A program made the position numbers and the translations under genes. From IMG/VR virus record IMGVR_UViG_3300032312_001770, positions 64,001 to 128,000 of that record: a stretch of DNA of 64,000 nt; one strand, 5' to 3'. Positions within the stretch are counted from its first letter, which is position 1. Every line of letters starts with the position of its first letter. Shown here piece after piece: positions 48,494 through 58,624 of the stretch. This DNA comes from a virus. Lineage: Duplodnaviria; Heunggongvirae; Uroviricota; Caudoviricetes. Under the pieces are notes generated by a model. It was not told where the DNA came from. It saw only the letters and a program-made list of their open reading frames with translations, and ran no database searches.

Positions 48494-49213
48494 TTATTTT
48501 ATTGGTTCTACTAAACCATCAATTCTTAATTTTATTATTTCAAAATATTTTTCATCTCTTTCCATAACTATATACTTTCTATCAGTTAATATACAAGCAT
48601 GTGCTGTTGTTCCTGTACCCGCAAAATTATCAAGAACAATATCACCAGGATTTGAATGTTTATTTACAATATCTGTAATTAATTGTAATGGCTTTTGTGT
48701 TGGATGTTCATATCTTTCTTTACCGTGACAAATAGGATATCTATAAGTACCATTATCATAGACAGAATGAAAAGTAGGTTTCTTTCCTTTTACAAAAGTA
48801 AAGAAGTATTCAATAGCATTTGACAAATAGTTTAATTTAGAATTAATAGGAACTGGATTTGATTTTTGCCATTGACAAACTCTAGGTTGTTTGAACTTGT
48901 ATTTATCAGCCATAGTTTTAATCTCAGTTGATTTCCAAACATCATAGAAAATGATTAAAGTTCCACCATCTCTTAAAACTCGATTATACTCTTTGAAAAG
49001 AAAATTCCAATCTAGTTCATCTTTATCCCACTCACCAAAGTCAATTGAAATACTACCATACTTAGTAGCCATTTCTTTTGAAGCGTCATCTGAATACTTA
49101 TTGAAGTTTGAATCTCTTGAAATTAAGTACGGTGGATCAACTAAAATTAAATCCACAGACTTACTTTCAACATTTTTTATTAATTCAAAACAATCACCTT
49201 GTAAAATCATCAA
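48494..49213 (-). CDS. N4/N6 DNA methyltransferase (beta-class motif order)
   Basis: DPPY, HPTQKP, then LDNFAGTGTT. Confidence 0.92.
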   Translation of the reverse strand: MMILQGDCFELIKNVESKSVDLILVDPPYLISRDSNFNKYSDDASKEMATKYGSISIDFGEWDKDELDWNFLFKEYNRVLRDGGTLIIFYDVWKSTEIKTMADKYKFKQPRVCQWQKSNPVPINSKLNYLSNAIEYFFTFVKGKKPTFHSVYDNGTYRYPICHGKERYEHPTQKPLQLITDIVNKHSNPGDIVLDNFAGTGTTAHACILTDRKYIVMERDEKYFEIIKLRIDGLVEPIK

Positions 49214-49275
49214 AGTATATATTCAACAACATGACCTTCATAAAAATAATATATAATAAAAAATAACCGATAAAT

Positions 49276-50046
49276 ATGAACTTAGTAAATTTATTAAAAG
49301 GGTTATTAAACCTTCAAAAAAAAGTAAATGTTAAATTTCTTCCATCACAAGGTTTATTCTACAATGATGACTTTGAGATATCAATTAAAAAAGCAGATGT
49401 CGGTGACATTATTGAATATGAACACGATTATATCAAAGATGACTTAGGTTTAGTAATAACTAAGCTAAAAAAGGTTGTAGAAAAAAATACTATTTTCTCA
49501 ACTGGTTATTCATTTAATAATTTAAAAAGTATTGACATAGTATTTTTATTTTTAGAAATAGTAAGATTTACAAAAGGTAAAGCTGTGAGTCTAACGTATT
49601 TTGATGATGAGAAAGGAAAAGAAATGAATATAGAATTCTCATCAAACTATTTTAATTATTTTAAAATTGATGATGATGTTATGAAAAACTATAACTCAGA
49701 AACAAAAGAATTTACTATAGAAGACTTTAAATTTACTTTACCATCAATAGGTATTGAGAATTGTTTAACAAACTATCTAATAAGCAAATCAGATGATTCG
49801 GACATGTATAAATATAGTAATTACAACTATGATTTTATTTACTTCTTAGGTAATAAAAAAGACATAACATTTAATGAAATAGATAATTTAATCCAAATAT
49901 TTAATTATGATATAGAAGAATCTGATTCTAAAAAAATTAGAAAAGTAATTAAAATATTTCAAGCAATTCAAAAATACTCATTAAAAAGAAATGGTAAAGT
50001 AATTAATATAAATTCTAAGATAGATCTGGAAAAAATATGGAAGTAA
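49276..50046 (+). CDS. T4 gp26-like baseplate hub assembly protein
   Basis: LPSQGLFY N-terminal motif; DxxFLFLEIVRF. Confidence 0.55.
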   Translation: MNLVNLLKGLLNLQKKVNVKFLPSQGLFYNDDFEISIKKADVGDIIEYEHDYIKDDLGLVITKLKKVVEKNTIFSTGYSFNNLKSIDIVFLFLEIVRFTKGKAVSLTYFDDEKGKEMNIEFSSNYFNYFKIDDDVMKNYNSETKEFTIEDFKFTLPSIGIENCLTNYLISKSDDSDMYKYSNYNYDFIYFLGNKKDITFNEIDNLIQIFNYDIEESDSKKIRKVIKIFQAIQKYSLKRNGKVININSKIDLEKIWK

Positions 50047-50061
50047 TTTAATATATACTAT

Positions 50062-50784
50062 ATGAAACTTAAAAAGTATAATGACTTTATTAAAGAGTCT
50101 TTTGGAACTTCTCAACAATATGCGAATTTCCTAACATCTAAAGCTATATCAACTGATATATTTAATGATAGCTTATTTGATGTTAAACAATTTGCTAGAG
50201 TTAGTAACTATAGATATTTAGTTGATTCAAAAGGACATGCTATTAATACAGAAGTTGATGATAATGAAAAGTATAAAATACTTTACACTTGTCAAATTCA
50301 ATACAGTTTAGTACCTGGTAAAAATGATTTTAATAAAGTTCTTGATAATCTAAATACTATTAATATATCTGTAGGTGAAATGATAGATAGAGTTGAAGCA
50401 GAGGGATTAAAACTTGAAAAAAGTGAGTATTGGTTAGATAAAACAACAGGACATGAAAGAGTTATTCATACTTTTTCTATATCATTTATAAGCGATGAAA
50501 TAAGCACAAAAGAACTAAAAGATACATTTGATATTTACAAAACATCACAAGATAAAGAATACTTAGATGGATTAAAAAGATTAAGACAAATCTATAAAGA
50601 AGACAATATAGACTTTGATAGATATATGGACACAACTGATGATGAAGAATATATTGAAGTTGGTGTATTTATAGGAGAAGATTTATACGGTGTAGCTTCA
50701 TATAATACACAAACTAAACAATTCACTATTGATGAGGACGAAATAGTTGCCTCGGTAAACGCTTACAGAGAAGAAAATCAATAA
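50062..50784 (+). CDS. Putative internal head protein
   Basis: MKLKKYNDFIKES start directly after aatatatactat. Confidence 0.55.
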   Translation: MKLKKYNDFIKESFGTSQQYANFLTSKAISTDIFNDSLFDVKQFARVSNYRYLVDSKGHAINTEVDDNEKYKILYTCQIQYSLVPGKNDFNKVLDNLNTINISVGEMIDRVEAEGLKLEKSEYWLDKTTGHERVIHTFSISFISDEISTKELKDTFDIYKTSQDKEYLDGLKRLRQIYKEDNIDFDRYMDTTDDEEYIEVGVFIGEDLYGVASYNTQTKQFTIDEDEIVASVNAYREENQ

Positions 50785-50813
50785 AAAAACCCACTCAAAT
50801 TGAGTGGGTTTTT
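50783..50813. terminator. Bidirectional terminator (CCCAC family)
   Basis: aaaaaaacccactca-aat-tgagtgggttttt at a convergent junction. Confidence 0.85.
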
Positions 50814-50820
50814 ACTTTAA

Positions 50821-52272
50821 TTAAAGCTTGATAGCCTTAATCTCATTGCAAAGAGCTTTCTTGTCTAACTCCATCATTTTCATGATGTCAAACACTTTGT
50901 CGCTGAACCCAGCCAAAGCAAAGACATTTTGTTCTGGAAACTGTAAAGTCCCCATTCCAGCAAGATCCCAAGAGTAAACGTATGGATTAGCACCAAACTT
51001 ACTCTTATACTTAGAGAACTCAGCAGATGGAGTTGTATAACCCATCCAACCTTGCATGTCTGACAAGATAATAACTCTGTCATACTTCTTATTAGCTCTA
51101 TCAAAGATAGCCTTAAAGTTTGTTCCACCACCTGAGAATCTGAAGCTACTTCTAATAGTCATTACAGAATCCATTGGATTATAAGACATATACTTAGCAT
51201 CAGTAGAGAAAGTCATAACATCACAGTTATTAACTTTAGCCAAGATAGCACCAAATAGTGAAGCAATCTCAGATGGCTTACCACTCATAGAACCAGAAAC
51301 ATCCATAACAACAAGTGTTTCGCCATCAAATACTGGTACGTTAGCAACAGAAATATCAAGTGCTTGGTTGATTGCCATAAGAACGTCTCTTACGTCTTTA
51401 GAAGAACCAATCTTACTGATTTCTTCATAAGCAGTTGAGAAACGGAACGGAAGAACTCTAGAGTTCTTAATCAATCTTTCATCAACTAACATTTCACAAG
51501 CTGATTTAACAGCAGTTGGAGCCTGAGTGATGATGTTTCTCAAGTTTCTAAGAAGGGCGAAGTAACCAATCTTCTTGGTAGAAATCAATTCAGACCAAGC
51601 ATCAGACTTCAATTTAGTCAAGTCTTCTTCAGACTCAGCTACTTGACCAGCTTGAGACAACATAGATTCCCAAGTTTGAGTATTTTTCAACTCACCTTTA
51701 ACAAGTGACTCAAGAGCCGCCTTGTTTCTAACAGTAGGAATTGGGTGAACAATGTTAACTAAGTCAACAAGTTTCACTTCTTTGTTATCACCTTTATACT
51801 TAGCCAATTGGTAACCATCAAACTTATCGAAAGCTTTAGCGAATCCTTTCTTCAAAGCATTTGGAAACTTAGGACTATCCTTAGAAGTCTTATAAGCCAA
51901 ATAGTATGACATGATTTCAGTCATATCATCAACACGAACAACTACTTTGTCGTAGAATTTTTTACCCCACTCGGCGCCCGATAGCTGTGAAGTTAATTCA
52001 CCAGCAAGGGCATGAGTAATACTTCTCATACCGAAACGGTCACGAGCAAAGATAGCCGCCTTAGCAACAAACTCTTTATCTTTCACTTTAGTAGAAAGTT
52101 TTCTCAATTCATCTAATGATGTTTGAGCATTTCTATAAAACTGGTCATTAACAAATGATGTTAATAAAAGTGATACTAAAGCTAGTTCATCAGATTGTGA
52201 ATAAGCTTGTCCACCTGCTAGGTTTTCAGTTAAAGTCTTTGCCTTTGGCATTGTTGTGTTAAATTTTGACAT
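50821..52272 (-). CDS. rsr: Ro60/Rsr TROVE-domain RNA-binding protein with a C-terminal vWA domain
   Basis: NLAGGQAY, FYR, GMRSI, FDxYQLAKY, TWES.LS, ALLRNLRNI, VLPFRF and vWA DVSGSM...TNF...LSDMQ motifs. Confidence 0.92.
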   Translation of the reverse strand: MSKFNTTMPKAKTLTENLAGGQAYSQSDELALVSLLLTSFVNDQFYRNAQTSLDELRKLSTKVKDKEFVAKAAIFARDRFGMRSITHALAGELTSQLSGAEWGKKFYDKVVVRVDDMTEIMSYYLAYKTSKDSPKFPNALKKGFAKAFDKFDGYQLAKYKGDNKEVKLVDLVNIVHPIPTVRNKAALESLVKGELKNTQTWESMLSQAGQVAESEEDLTKLKSDAWSELISTKKIGYFALLRNLRNIITQAPTAVKSACEMLVDERLIKNSRVLPFRFSTAYEEISKIGSSKDVRDVLMAINQALDISVANVPVFDGETLVVMDVSGSMSGKPSEIASLFGAILAKVNNCDVMTFSTDAKYMSYNPMDSVMTIRSSFRFSGGGTNFKAIFDRANKKYDRVIILSDMQGWMGYTTPSAEFSKYKSKFGANPYVYSWDLAGMGTLQFPEQNVFALAGFSDKVFDIMKMMELDKKALCNEIKAIKL

Positions 52273-52305
52273 AATCTATATTTTAATTTTTAATTTATTT
52301 TAAAC

Positions 52306-52345
52306 AAAAAAGACCAGATAAACATTTCTGTTAAATCTGGTCTTT
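52306..52345 (-). terminator. Intrinsic terminator between the ncRNA array and the Ro60 gene
   Basis: aaagaccagat...atctggtctttttt on the minus strand. Confidence 0.8.
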
Positions 52346-52712
52346 ATAATTTGCGCAAACAAGTAAATTTAGCCTAAGCGTTACAAAGAATTCTCCCGAA
52401 ACTTTGCCTATAGTTGTAGTGACCATATCACTCAGTTCTTTATTTAAAGGAAGTTTCTGAATTCCTTGACTAACCTCTTAAAAGAGTTTCAGGAGTCACC
52501 TGGACTTTTTCACTTTAATTTAGTATGTCCTTTCGGCTTCACCCAAATTCAGTAGCTTTGCTGTCGCTAAGCACTTTCTGTCATAGTTATAATTGATATA
52601 TCGAAGTATCTCAAACTATCGCTATGTCTGCGTTTTAATTATATTGACCAGAGTAAGTTATCAAAGAGTGTTTTTTTCTGAACCGAAGTAACTCTCTAAT
52701 TCACTACTGGAG
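52346..52712 (-). ncRNA. Array of related structured ncRNA units (candidate Y-like RNAs)
   Basis: Three clear units sharing TAG[TC][GC]A-N6/7-[GC]AG-W-WACTTC[GC] with closing stems, two partial copies and a CC-GAAA-GG tetraloop; no ORF in the track. Confidence 0.6.
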
Positions 52713-52863
52713 TATTTTAATTGTCTTTGTTTTATATCAGAAAATCAAAAAGTTTTAATTTTCTTCAAAAAAGTTTTTTTAATTTGTTTAGTATATATCA
52801 ACCTCTAAAATTTCGTTTTTTTCAAAGGTGGATTGTTTATAGTCTACAAAGATAGTAGTTATA

Positions 52864-53508
52864 TTAATACTTTCCAACATGTTTTGAAATTTCTTCAATT
52901 AAATTTTCTAATTCTTCATCAGATATCTTATTAGAAAAATTCAAATAATCAGTAATTATGAACTCTTCAGAGATTTCTTTTTGAACAGGATTCATAATAT
53001 AATCAACAAATTCTAATTTTTCATCATCTGTAAAACATTTAACCATTGATAAATAAGACCAATCTAATTTATCTTTCCATTGTCTGATAAAATCAATTGA
53101 TAAATCATTAGCACTAATAACTGACCATAAATTCTTATCTTCAATAACTTTAGTATGTTTATCAAATGAGTCAGATTGAGTAGAAATATAAAGTATCATT
53201 CTATTCCAATTTATATTTTCTTTATACTTGGTAATAAATTCATCAGATAAATTAGAATAGGTACTCATACTTAATTCAGTAATATCTTCAATACTTAAAT
53301 ACTCAACTTCAATAGCTTTAGTAACAAACTCTTCTGAAAAGTTTAATCCTCGAACAAGAACGTCTTTATCTAAGAGGTCAGTACATTCTAAAATAGTATC
53401 TTCAGTTAATTCATAGTTTGTAGCAATATCATAAGTTGTATAACCACTTGATAGTAGTTCAAGTACCCAACTTCTATCTAACTTTTCTTCTATTTCAATT
53501 TTATTCAT
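52864..53508 (-). CDS. Tryptophan-repeat family protein
   Basis: Repeats LSDEFITKYKENINW and LSIDFIRQWKDKLDW. Confidence 0.6.
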   Translation of the reverse strand: MNKIEIEEKLDRSWVLELLSSGYTTYDIATNYELTEDTILECTDLLDKDVLVRGLNFSEEFVTKAIEVEYLSIEDITELSMSTYSNLSDEFITKYKENINWNRMILYISTQSDSFDKHTKVIEDKNLWSVISANDLSIDFIRQWKDKLDWSYLSMVKCFTDDEKLEFVDYIMNPVQKEISEEFIITDYLNFSNKISDEELENLIEEISKHVGKY

Positions 53509-53537
53509 AAAAATAATTTCTTTTTTTATTTATATAA

Positions 53538-53568
53538 TAAAAAAAGGGATTGTTGTTACAATCCCTTT
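53538..53568 (-). terminator. Intrinsic terminator after nrdA
   Basis: aaagggattg...caatccctttt followed by a T-run on the minus strand. Confidence 0.75.
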
Positions 53569-53587
53569 CAATATTAATTACCAATGA

Positions 53588-56131
53588 TTAAGCACCACAA
53601 GCTAAACAATCATCTGGATTATCAAGTGAACACGAAATTTCAGCCATTTTCTCTTCAACAGACTTAGTATCTTCTTGAACAGTAAACTTAACAGCGTCTG
53701 ATGCGGCTTTGTTTCTTAGATAGTAGATGCCTGTTTTCAAAGCAGATCTTTTATCTCTATAACATCTGGCTTTACCTTCTGAATCATATATAACTTCAAT
53801 GAATTCACCTTGTGGAATATTTGGAGTACCATCAGAATTAATAATGAAGTTTCTTCTACCCCAACCATAAAAGTGCATTGAAGTTAGCTTAGCAAAGTTT
53901 GGAGAGTCCATAAAAATATTCATTGATTGTGTTTGGTCAATGAAAGCACCTCTATCAGCCGCCATATCAATAACATCTTTTTGTTTAATTTCATAAACAG
54001 TTTTGAAGACTTCTTTTAAGTTAGTTGGAACTTCAGGAATATTCTGAACGGATCCATTTTCATTAATAATCTTCTTTCTTAAAGTATCACCCCATAAGTT
54101 TAACTTTACTAATTCTTTAACTAAATATTTATTTACTAAGATAAAAGTACCTGAAAGAACTGAACGAGTGTACATATTTGAAGTTTGAGCTTCACAAGAT
54201 GCTTCGTTACCTAAGATAGATGCTGTTGATGCTGTTGGCATAATACAAGTTGTTAAAGAGTTTCTAACACCATATTTCTTAATATCTTCTCTTAACTTAT
54301 CCCAGTCCCATCTTTTTGTTGGCTTTACATTCCATAGGTCAAATTGTAATTTTCCTTGAGAAATAGGTGAGCCTTCGTAGGTAGCATAAGCTCCATCAGT
54401 TTTAGCTAAGTCACAAGAAGCTTTAATACAAGCATAATAGATTGTTTCAAATATTTCTTTATTAATTGATTTTGCTTCTTCTGATTCATAAGGTAAACCC
54501 ATCATAAAAAACACATCAGCTAAACCTTGAACACCTAATCCAATTGGTCTGTGTAGTAAGTTAGAGAACTTAGCAGCAGGTGATGGATAGAAATTAACAT
54601 CAATAACATTATTTAAGTTAATAGTGGCTTGATAAGCAACTTCATACAATTTATTGAAATTATAAGTTTTGTTTTTATTAACAAACTTAGGTAGAGCAAC
54701 AGAAGCTAAATTACAAACAGCTGTTTCATTTACCGACTCTTCACCATAGAATTCACTTAATCCCAATTTAGTAAGTAATTCTTTGTTCTTTAAAATATCA
54801 CCTTGAGTTTTAGTAACACCAGTTGCTTCAACAATTTCAGCACATAAGTTAGAACTTCTAATCACACCAATATTAGCTTGGTTTGATTTCTCATTGATAG
54901 AGTCTTTATAAAGAATATAAGGAGTTCCTGTTTCAATTTGAGATTCAAGAATTTTATTCCAAACTTCTCTTGCTTTAAGAGTTCTTTTACCTTTACCCAT
55001 ACTTTCATATTTGGTGTAAATTTCTTTGAAATCCTGACCGTATGTTTCTGTTAAACCAGAACACTCATGAGGACACATTAAAGTCCAGCTCTCATCAAGT
55101 TCAACTCTTTCCATAAATAAATCATTCATCCACATTGCCAAGAATAAATCTCTAGCTCTAATTTCATCTTTACCTTGATTCTTACGAAGGTCTAAGAACT
55201 CCATAATATCAGCGTGCCAAGGTTCCATGTAGATTGCAATTGAACCTTTTCTTTTACCACCACCTTGGTCAACGGCTCTTGCTGTTTCATTAAAGATTTT
55301 TAAGAAAGGAATAATACCATTTGAAGTACCGTTAGTACCGGCGATGTAAGTTCCTTTAGATCTAACTTTAGTGAAAGAAATTCCGATACCACCGGCATTC
55401 TTAGATATTTGAGCAGATTCTTTAAGAGTATTAAAGATACCTTCAATTGAATCATTCTCAACATCTAATAAGAAACAAGATGATAATTGTGGTCTACCTG
55501 TACCAGAGTTAAATAAAGTTGGAGTTGCGTGAGTATAATATCCTTCTGAAAGTGTATTATAAGTCTCTATCACTTTTTCTAAATTCTCACCCCATACTTG
55601 AAGAGCAGTTCGCATATACATATATTGAGGACGTTCAGCAACTTTTCCATCTAATTTTAACAAATAAGATTTTTCTAATGTTTTGAATCCAAAATAATCA
55701 AAGTTATGATCTCTTGAGTGTACGATAGCTGAATCAATTTCATCAGCATGTTTTTTAACAATGTTGTAGAAACTCTCAGAAACGATTGGAGAATGTTTTC
55801 TAGTTTTAGGATCTATATACTTATACAAATCCATAACAGTTTCTGAAAAACTTTTCTTGGTTTCTTTGTGTAAGTTTGTGATTGCCAATCTTGCCGCTAA
55901 TATAGAATAATCTGGATGCTTGGTTGCCAATGATGCGGCTGTTTCCATCGCCAATTGGTCTAAAACATAAGTTCTAATATCTGGCATAATACCTTCAATT
56001 ACTTTTTGAGCTACCTCAAAAGGAATAATCAATTTATCAAGACCATATGTCTGCTGTGTAATTCTGTCTAGGATTTTATCCAACATTACCGGTTCTTTCT
56101 TCCCATTTCTTTTTACTACTTTTATATTCAT
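53588..56131 (-). CDS. nrdA: Class Ia ribonucleotide reductase alpha subunit with ATP cone
   Basis: VVKRNG ATP cone, ATPTLFN, SSCFL, SSNLCAE, VCNLAS, MPTAST, KTGIYY and terminal C..C motifs. Confidence 0.97.
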   Translation of the reverse strand: MNIKVVKRNGKKEPVMLDKILDRITQQTYGLDKLIIPFEVAQKVIEGIMPDIRTYVLDQLAMETAASLATKHPDYSILAARLAITNLHKETKKSFSETVMDLYKYIDPKTRKHSPIVSESFYNIVKKHADEIDSAIVHSRDHNFDYFGFKTLEKSYLLKLDGKVAERPQYMYMRTALQVWGENLEKVIETYNTLSEGYYTHATPTLFNSGTGRPQLSSCFLLDVENDSIEGIFNTLKESAQISKNAGGIGISFTKVRSKGTYIAGTNGTSNGIIPFLKIFNETARAVDQGGGKRKGSIAIYMEPWHADIMEFLDLRKNQGKDEIRARDLFLAMWMNDLFMERVELDESWTLMCPHECSGLTETYGQDFKEIYTKYESMGKGKRTLKAREVWNKILESQIETGTPYILYKDSINEKSNQANIGVIRSSNLCAEIVEATGVTKTQGDILKNKELLTKLGLSEFYGEESVNETAVCNLASVALPKFVNKNKTYNFNKLYEVAYQATINLNNVIDVNFYPSPAAKFSNLLHRPIGLGVQGLADVFFMMGLPYESEEAKSINKEIFETIYYACIKASCDLAKTDGAYATYEGSPISQGKLQFDLWNVKPTKRWDWDKLREDIKKYGVRNSLTTCIMPTASTASILGNEASCEAQTSNMYTRSVLSGTFILVNKYLVKELVKLNLWGDTLRKKIINENGSVQNIPEVPTNLKEVFKTVYEIKQKDVIDMAADRGAFIDQTQSMNIFMDSPNFAKLTSMHFYGWGRRNFIINSDGTPNIPQGEFIEVIYDSEGKARCYRDKRSALKTGIYYLRNKAASDAVKFTVQEDTKSVEEKMAEISCSLDNPDDCLACGA

Positions 56132-56230
56132 GCTTTATTAATTTTTTTTGTCTTTTATATATTGGTTCATTTTTTTACTGAAAATTCTATAATTTGTTTT
56201 TTTTAAGATTTTTTATAGTGCTCAAAAAAA

Positions 56231-57202
56231 TTATAGGAAATCAATATTATTAAGTTTATTTAAATTGTATTTAAACTTTGTGTTATTAAGAATTTTACTA
56301 ATCATATCAAGAGTTACATCATATATTCTTTCATAAGAATTTACTTTGAACTTAGAGTTTTCATAGTCAACTTCAATAACATCACCAGTGATAGTTATTG
56401 AATGTTCTGTAAACTCGTCAACCCATTGAAATTCAATTTCAGTACCTTCATAAATATTTCTATTTGTAATATCTTTAGAACTACTATTCTTACCAATATG
56501 GTCTTGTAATTCAAAAATGATTAGATTTCTCCAATTTTTATCCAAAAGTTTAAACATATTGAATAAATTATCAGAAAAATAAACAGCTAATTCATTAAAC
56601 AACTCGACATTAGTAAAACTTTCATCTTGAAGATTATTTTTTAAAATATTATAATATTGATTAAAATCTGTTCTGGAAGGTTTTCTACGATTATTTAAGA
56701 AGTTAATTGAGGTGTTAGCTTCAAGTACTTCATAAACTCTTTCTTTAACTAGTTTAGCTCTAATATATTTTTCATTATCAATAGATTCAAAATAGTAGTT
56801 AGACGATCTATCTACTTCAATTGTATCTTTATGATACATATCAAAAGAGCTTGTACCCTCATCTTCATCTAAAGGATCCTCTTTCTTACCCTTAAAAATA
56901 GAGTCATATTTTAATGAGTGTTTTCCTTCTAATTTATGTTTAGATAAAACAACATCACTATCTGCACTTTCTTCTGTTTTTGTCTCTGGTTCAGGTTCGG
57001 TAATATTAAGGTCATCATCATCAATTTCAATAACGATGTCTATATCATCATCATCATCATCAAGGTCTAAGCCAGCTTCACTATCTTCATCTTCATCTTC
57101 ATCTTCACTATCATTTTGGTCTTCTAAGATATCTTCTGTTGATTCAATCTCATCATCATTTTCTAAATCGTCAAAATCTTCATCTCTAACTTTTTTAGCC
57201 AT
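56231..57202 (-). CDS. Hypothetical protein with a highly acidic N-terminus
   Basis: D/E-rich first ~85 aa; lies between the helicase and nrdA. Confidence 0.6.
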   Translation of the reverse strand: MAKKVRDEDFDDLENDDEIESTEDILEDQNDSEDEDEDEDSEAGLDLDDDDDDIDIVIEIDDDDLNITEPEPETKTEESADSDVVLSKHKLEGKHSLKYDSIFKGKKEDPLDEDEGTSSFDMYHKDTIEVDRSSNYYFESIDNEKYIRAKLVKERVYEVLEANTSINFLNNRRKPSRTDFNQYYNILKNNLQDESFTNVELFNELAVYFSDNLFNMFKLLDKNWRNLIIFELQDHIGKNSSSKDITNRNIYEGTEIEFQWVDEFTEHSITITGDVIEVDYENSKFKVNSYERIYDVTLDMISKILNNTKFKYNLNKLNNIDFL

Positions 57203-57232
57203 AGAGTTTTTTATTATTTTTTTTTAAACCAA

Positions 57233-58567
57233 TTATTGGTCTATAAATTGGTCATTTTCAAGAGTCAAATAAACAGAGTTCAAACTTAATTTGATTTGCG
57301 ATTTTAAAAAATCACCATCTCGTTGTTTTAACAATTTGAATCTGTAAATATTCTGCCTCTTCATTTCTTCTGTTCTTATTATAGCAAAGAATGTATCAGC
57401 GGTTTCAGCTATTGCCTTAGATTCTGGAACACTTTCTAATGTAATATCAGCTGAGTTCCAAGCATCCTTAGCCACTTGAACACCGGTAATGACCGGAACT
57501 TTATATTTAGCACCTAAAGCTCTTAGAGCCTCTGCTAAAAATTTACCCTTTGTGTAAAGGTTATCAGCGGCAGCAACTTTACCAGCTGTAACAAGAGTGA
57601 TATAATCAACAATAACTAAGTCAATTTTAACATCCTTTTTTTCTTTTAGTTTTTGAATGTAATTATCAAAGTCATTCACTGTTGCTGTACCAGCCGCCCA
57701 GAATTTAGTATAAATCTTACCAACTTTTCTTTCAAATAAGTCATCACCACTACTATCTGGTTTACTAAGATTTTGAATTTTCTTTCTAATCATTTCAGTG
57801 TCTTTTGACATGACATCATAATCATTAATCGGAATTCTTAAACGCATAGCACCAATTCTCTTCATAACTTTTCTTTCACTCATTTCAAGTGTTATATAAA
57901 GAACATTATTACCCATATCTGCTGCCTTAAAAGCAAAATTTTGCATCCATAATGACTTACCATTATTAGTTTCAGCCATAACAACATTTAAAGTAGAAAT
58001 ATCCCAACCACCACCTAACATATGGTCAATAGATTCAAATCCACACTTTACTTTAAATTTAGAAGAGTCTTGAACGTGATTTTCAGGATCATCAAAATCG
58101 GAACCCATATCATCATCTTGTACGAAATTGGTAGATGACATCTCATCAACAATACTTCTAATTCTATCAGCGGCTTCAACAGCCTTTTCAAAGTCTGAAA
58201 TAGAATCAAGGTTTCTTGTTTCGTCAATAATATCAACTGTGCCTGTTTTCAAACGATTGGATAGTATCCAAGCATTGAACTTAGGCTCAATAAAATTCTT
58301 TTCATCATACTCTTTAAGATCAACTTGTAGAATAGATTTAAGAATGTCTTTAGTGATTATACCTTCTTTATCTTCAAGAGAAACCATATCCAAAATCTGA
58401 CGAGGTGTCGGAGTTTGAGTATCATTACCTTTAATCATATACTCACGAATAACACCATATACAAATTGGATTTCAGAGTTTCTGAAAAAATAAGGTTTTA
58501 CAATATCAAAGTACTTCTTGTTCTTGAGAATAAAATTAAAGAATACTTTTTCTAGTTGGGGAGTCAT
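57233..58567 (-). CDS. dnaB: Replicative DnaB/T4 gp41-like helicase
   Basis: AETNNGKS, YITLEM, VIVDYI, GVQV, SKAIAETAD and KQRDG motifs. Confidence 0.92.
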   Translation of the reverse strand: MTPQLEKVFFNFILKNKKYFDIVKPYFFRNSEIQFVYGVIREYMIKGNDTQTPTPRQILDMVSLEDKEGIITKDILKSILQVDLKEYDEKNFIEPKFNAWILSNRLKTGTVDIIDETRNLDSISDFEKAVEAADRIRSIVDEMSSTNFVQDDDMGSDFDDPENHVQDSSKFKVKCGFESIDHMLGGGWDISTLNVVMAETNNGKSLWMQNFAFKAADMGNNVLYITLEMSERKVMKRIGAMRLRIPINDYDVMSKDTEMIRKKIQNLSKPDSSGDDLFERKVGKIYTKFWAAGTATVNDFDNYIQKLKEKKDVKIDLVIVDYITLVTAGKVAAADNLYTKGKFLAEALRALGAKYKVPVITGVQVAKDAWNSADITLESVPESKAIAETADTFFAIIRTEEMKRQNIYRFKLLKQRDGDFLKSQIKLSLNSVYLTLENDQFIDQ

Positions 58568-58624
58568 TTAACCATTTCATTTTTATATTATATGAAATGA
58601 ATGAACTAAGTTTAAGTTTTAAAC

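Noticed and set aside
53588-56131. Intein or intron in nrdA
   Set aside because: There are two short insertions (about 30-40 aa, after SSNLCAE and before KTGIYY), but no intein terminal motifs and no frame break.
56990-57190. tcatca/tcttca microsatellite-like tract
   Set aside because: It is simply the coding sequence of an Asp/Glu-rich N-terminus.
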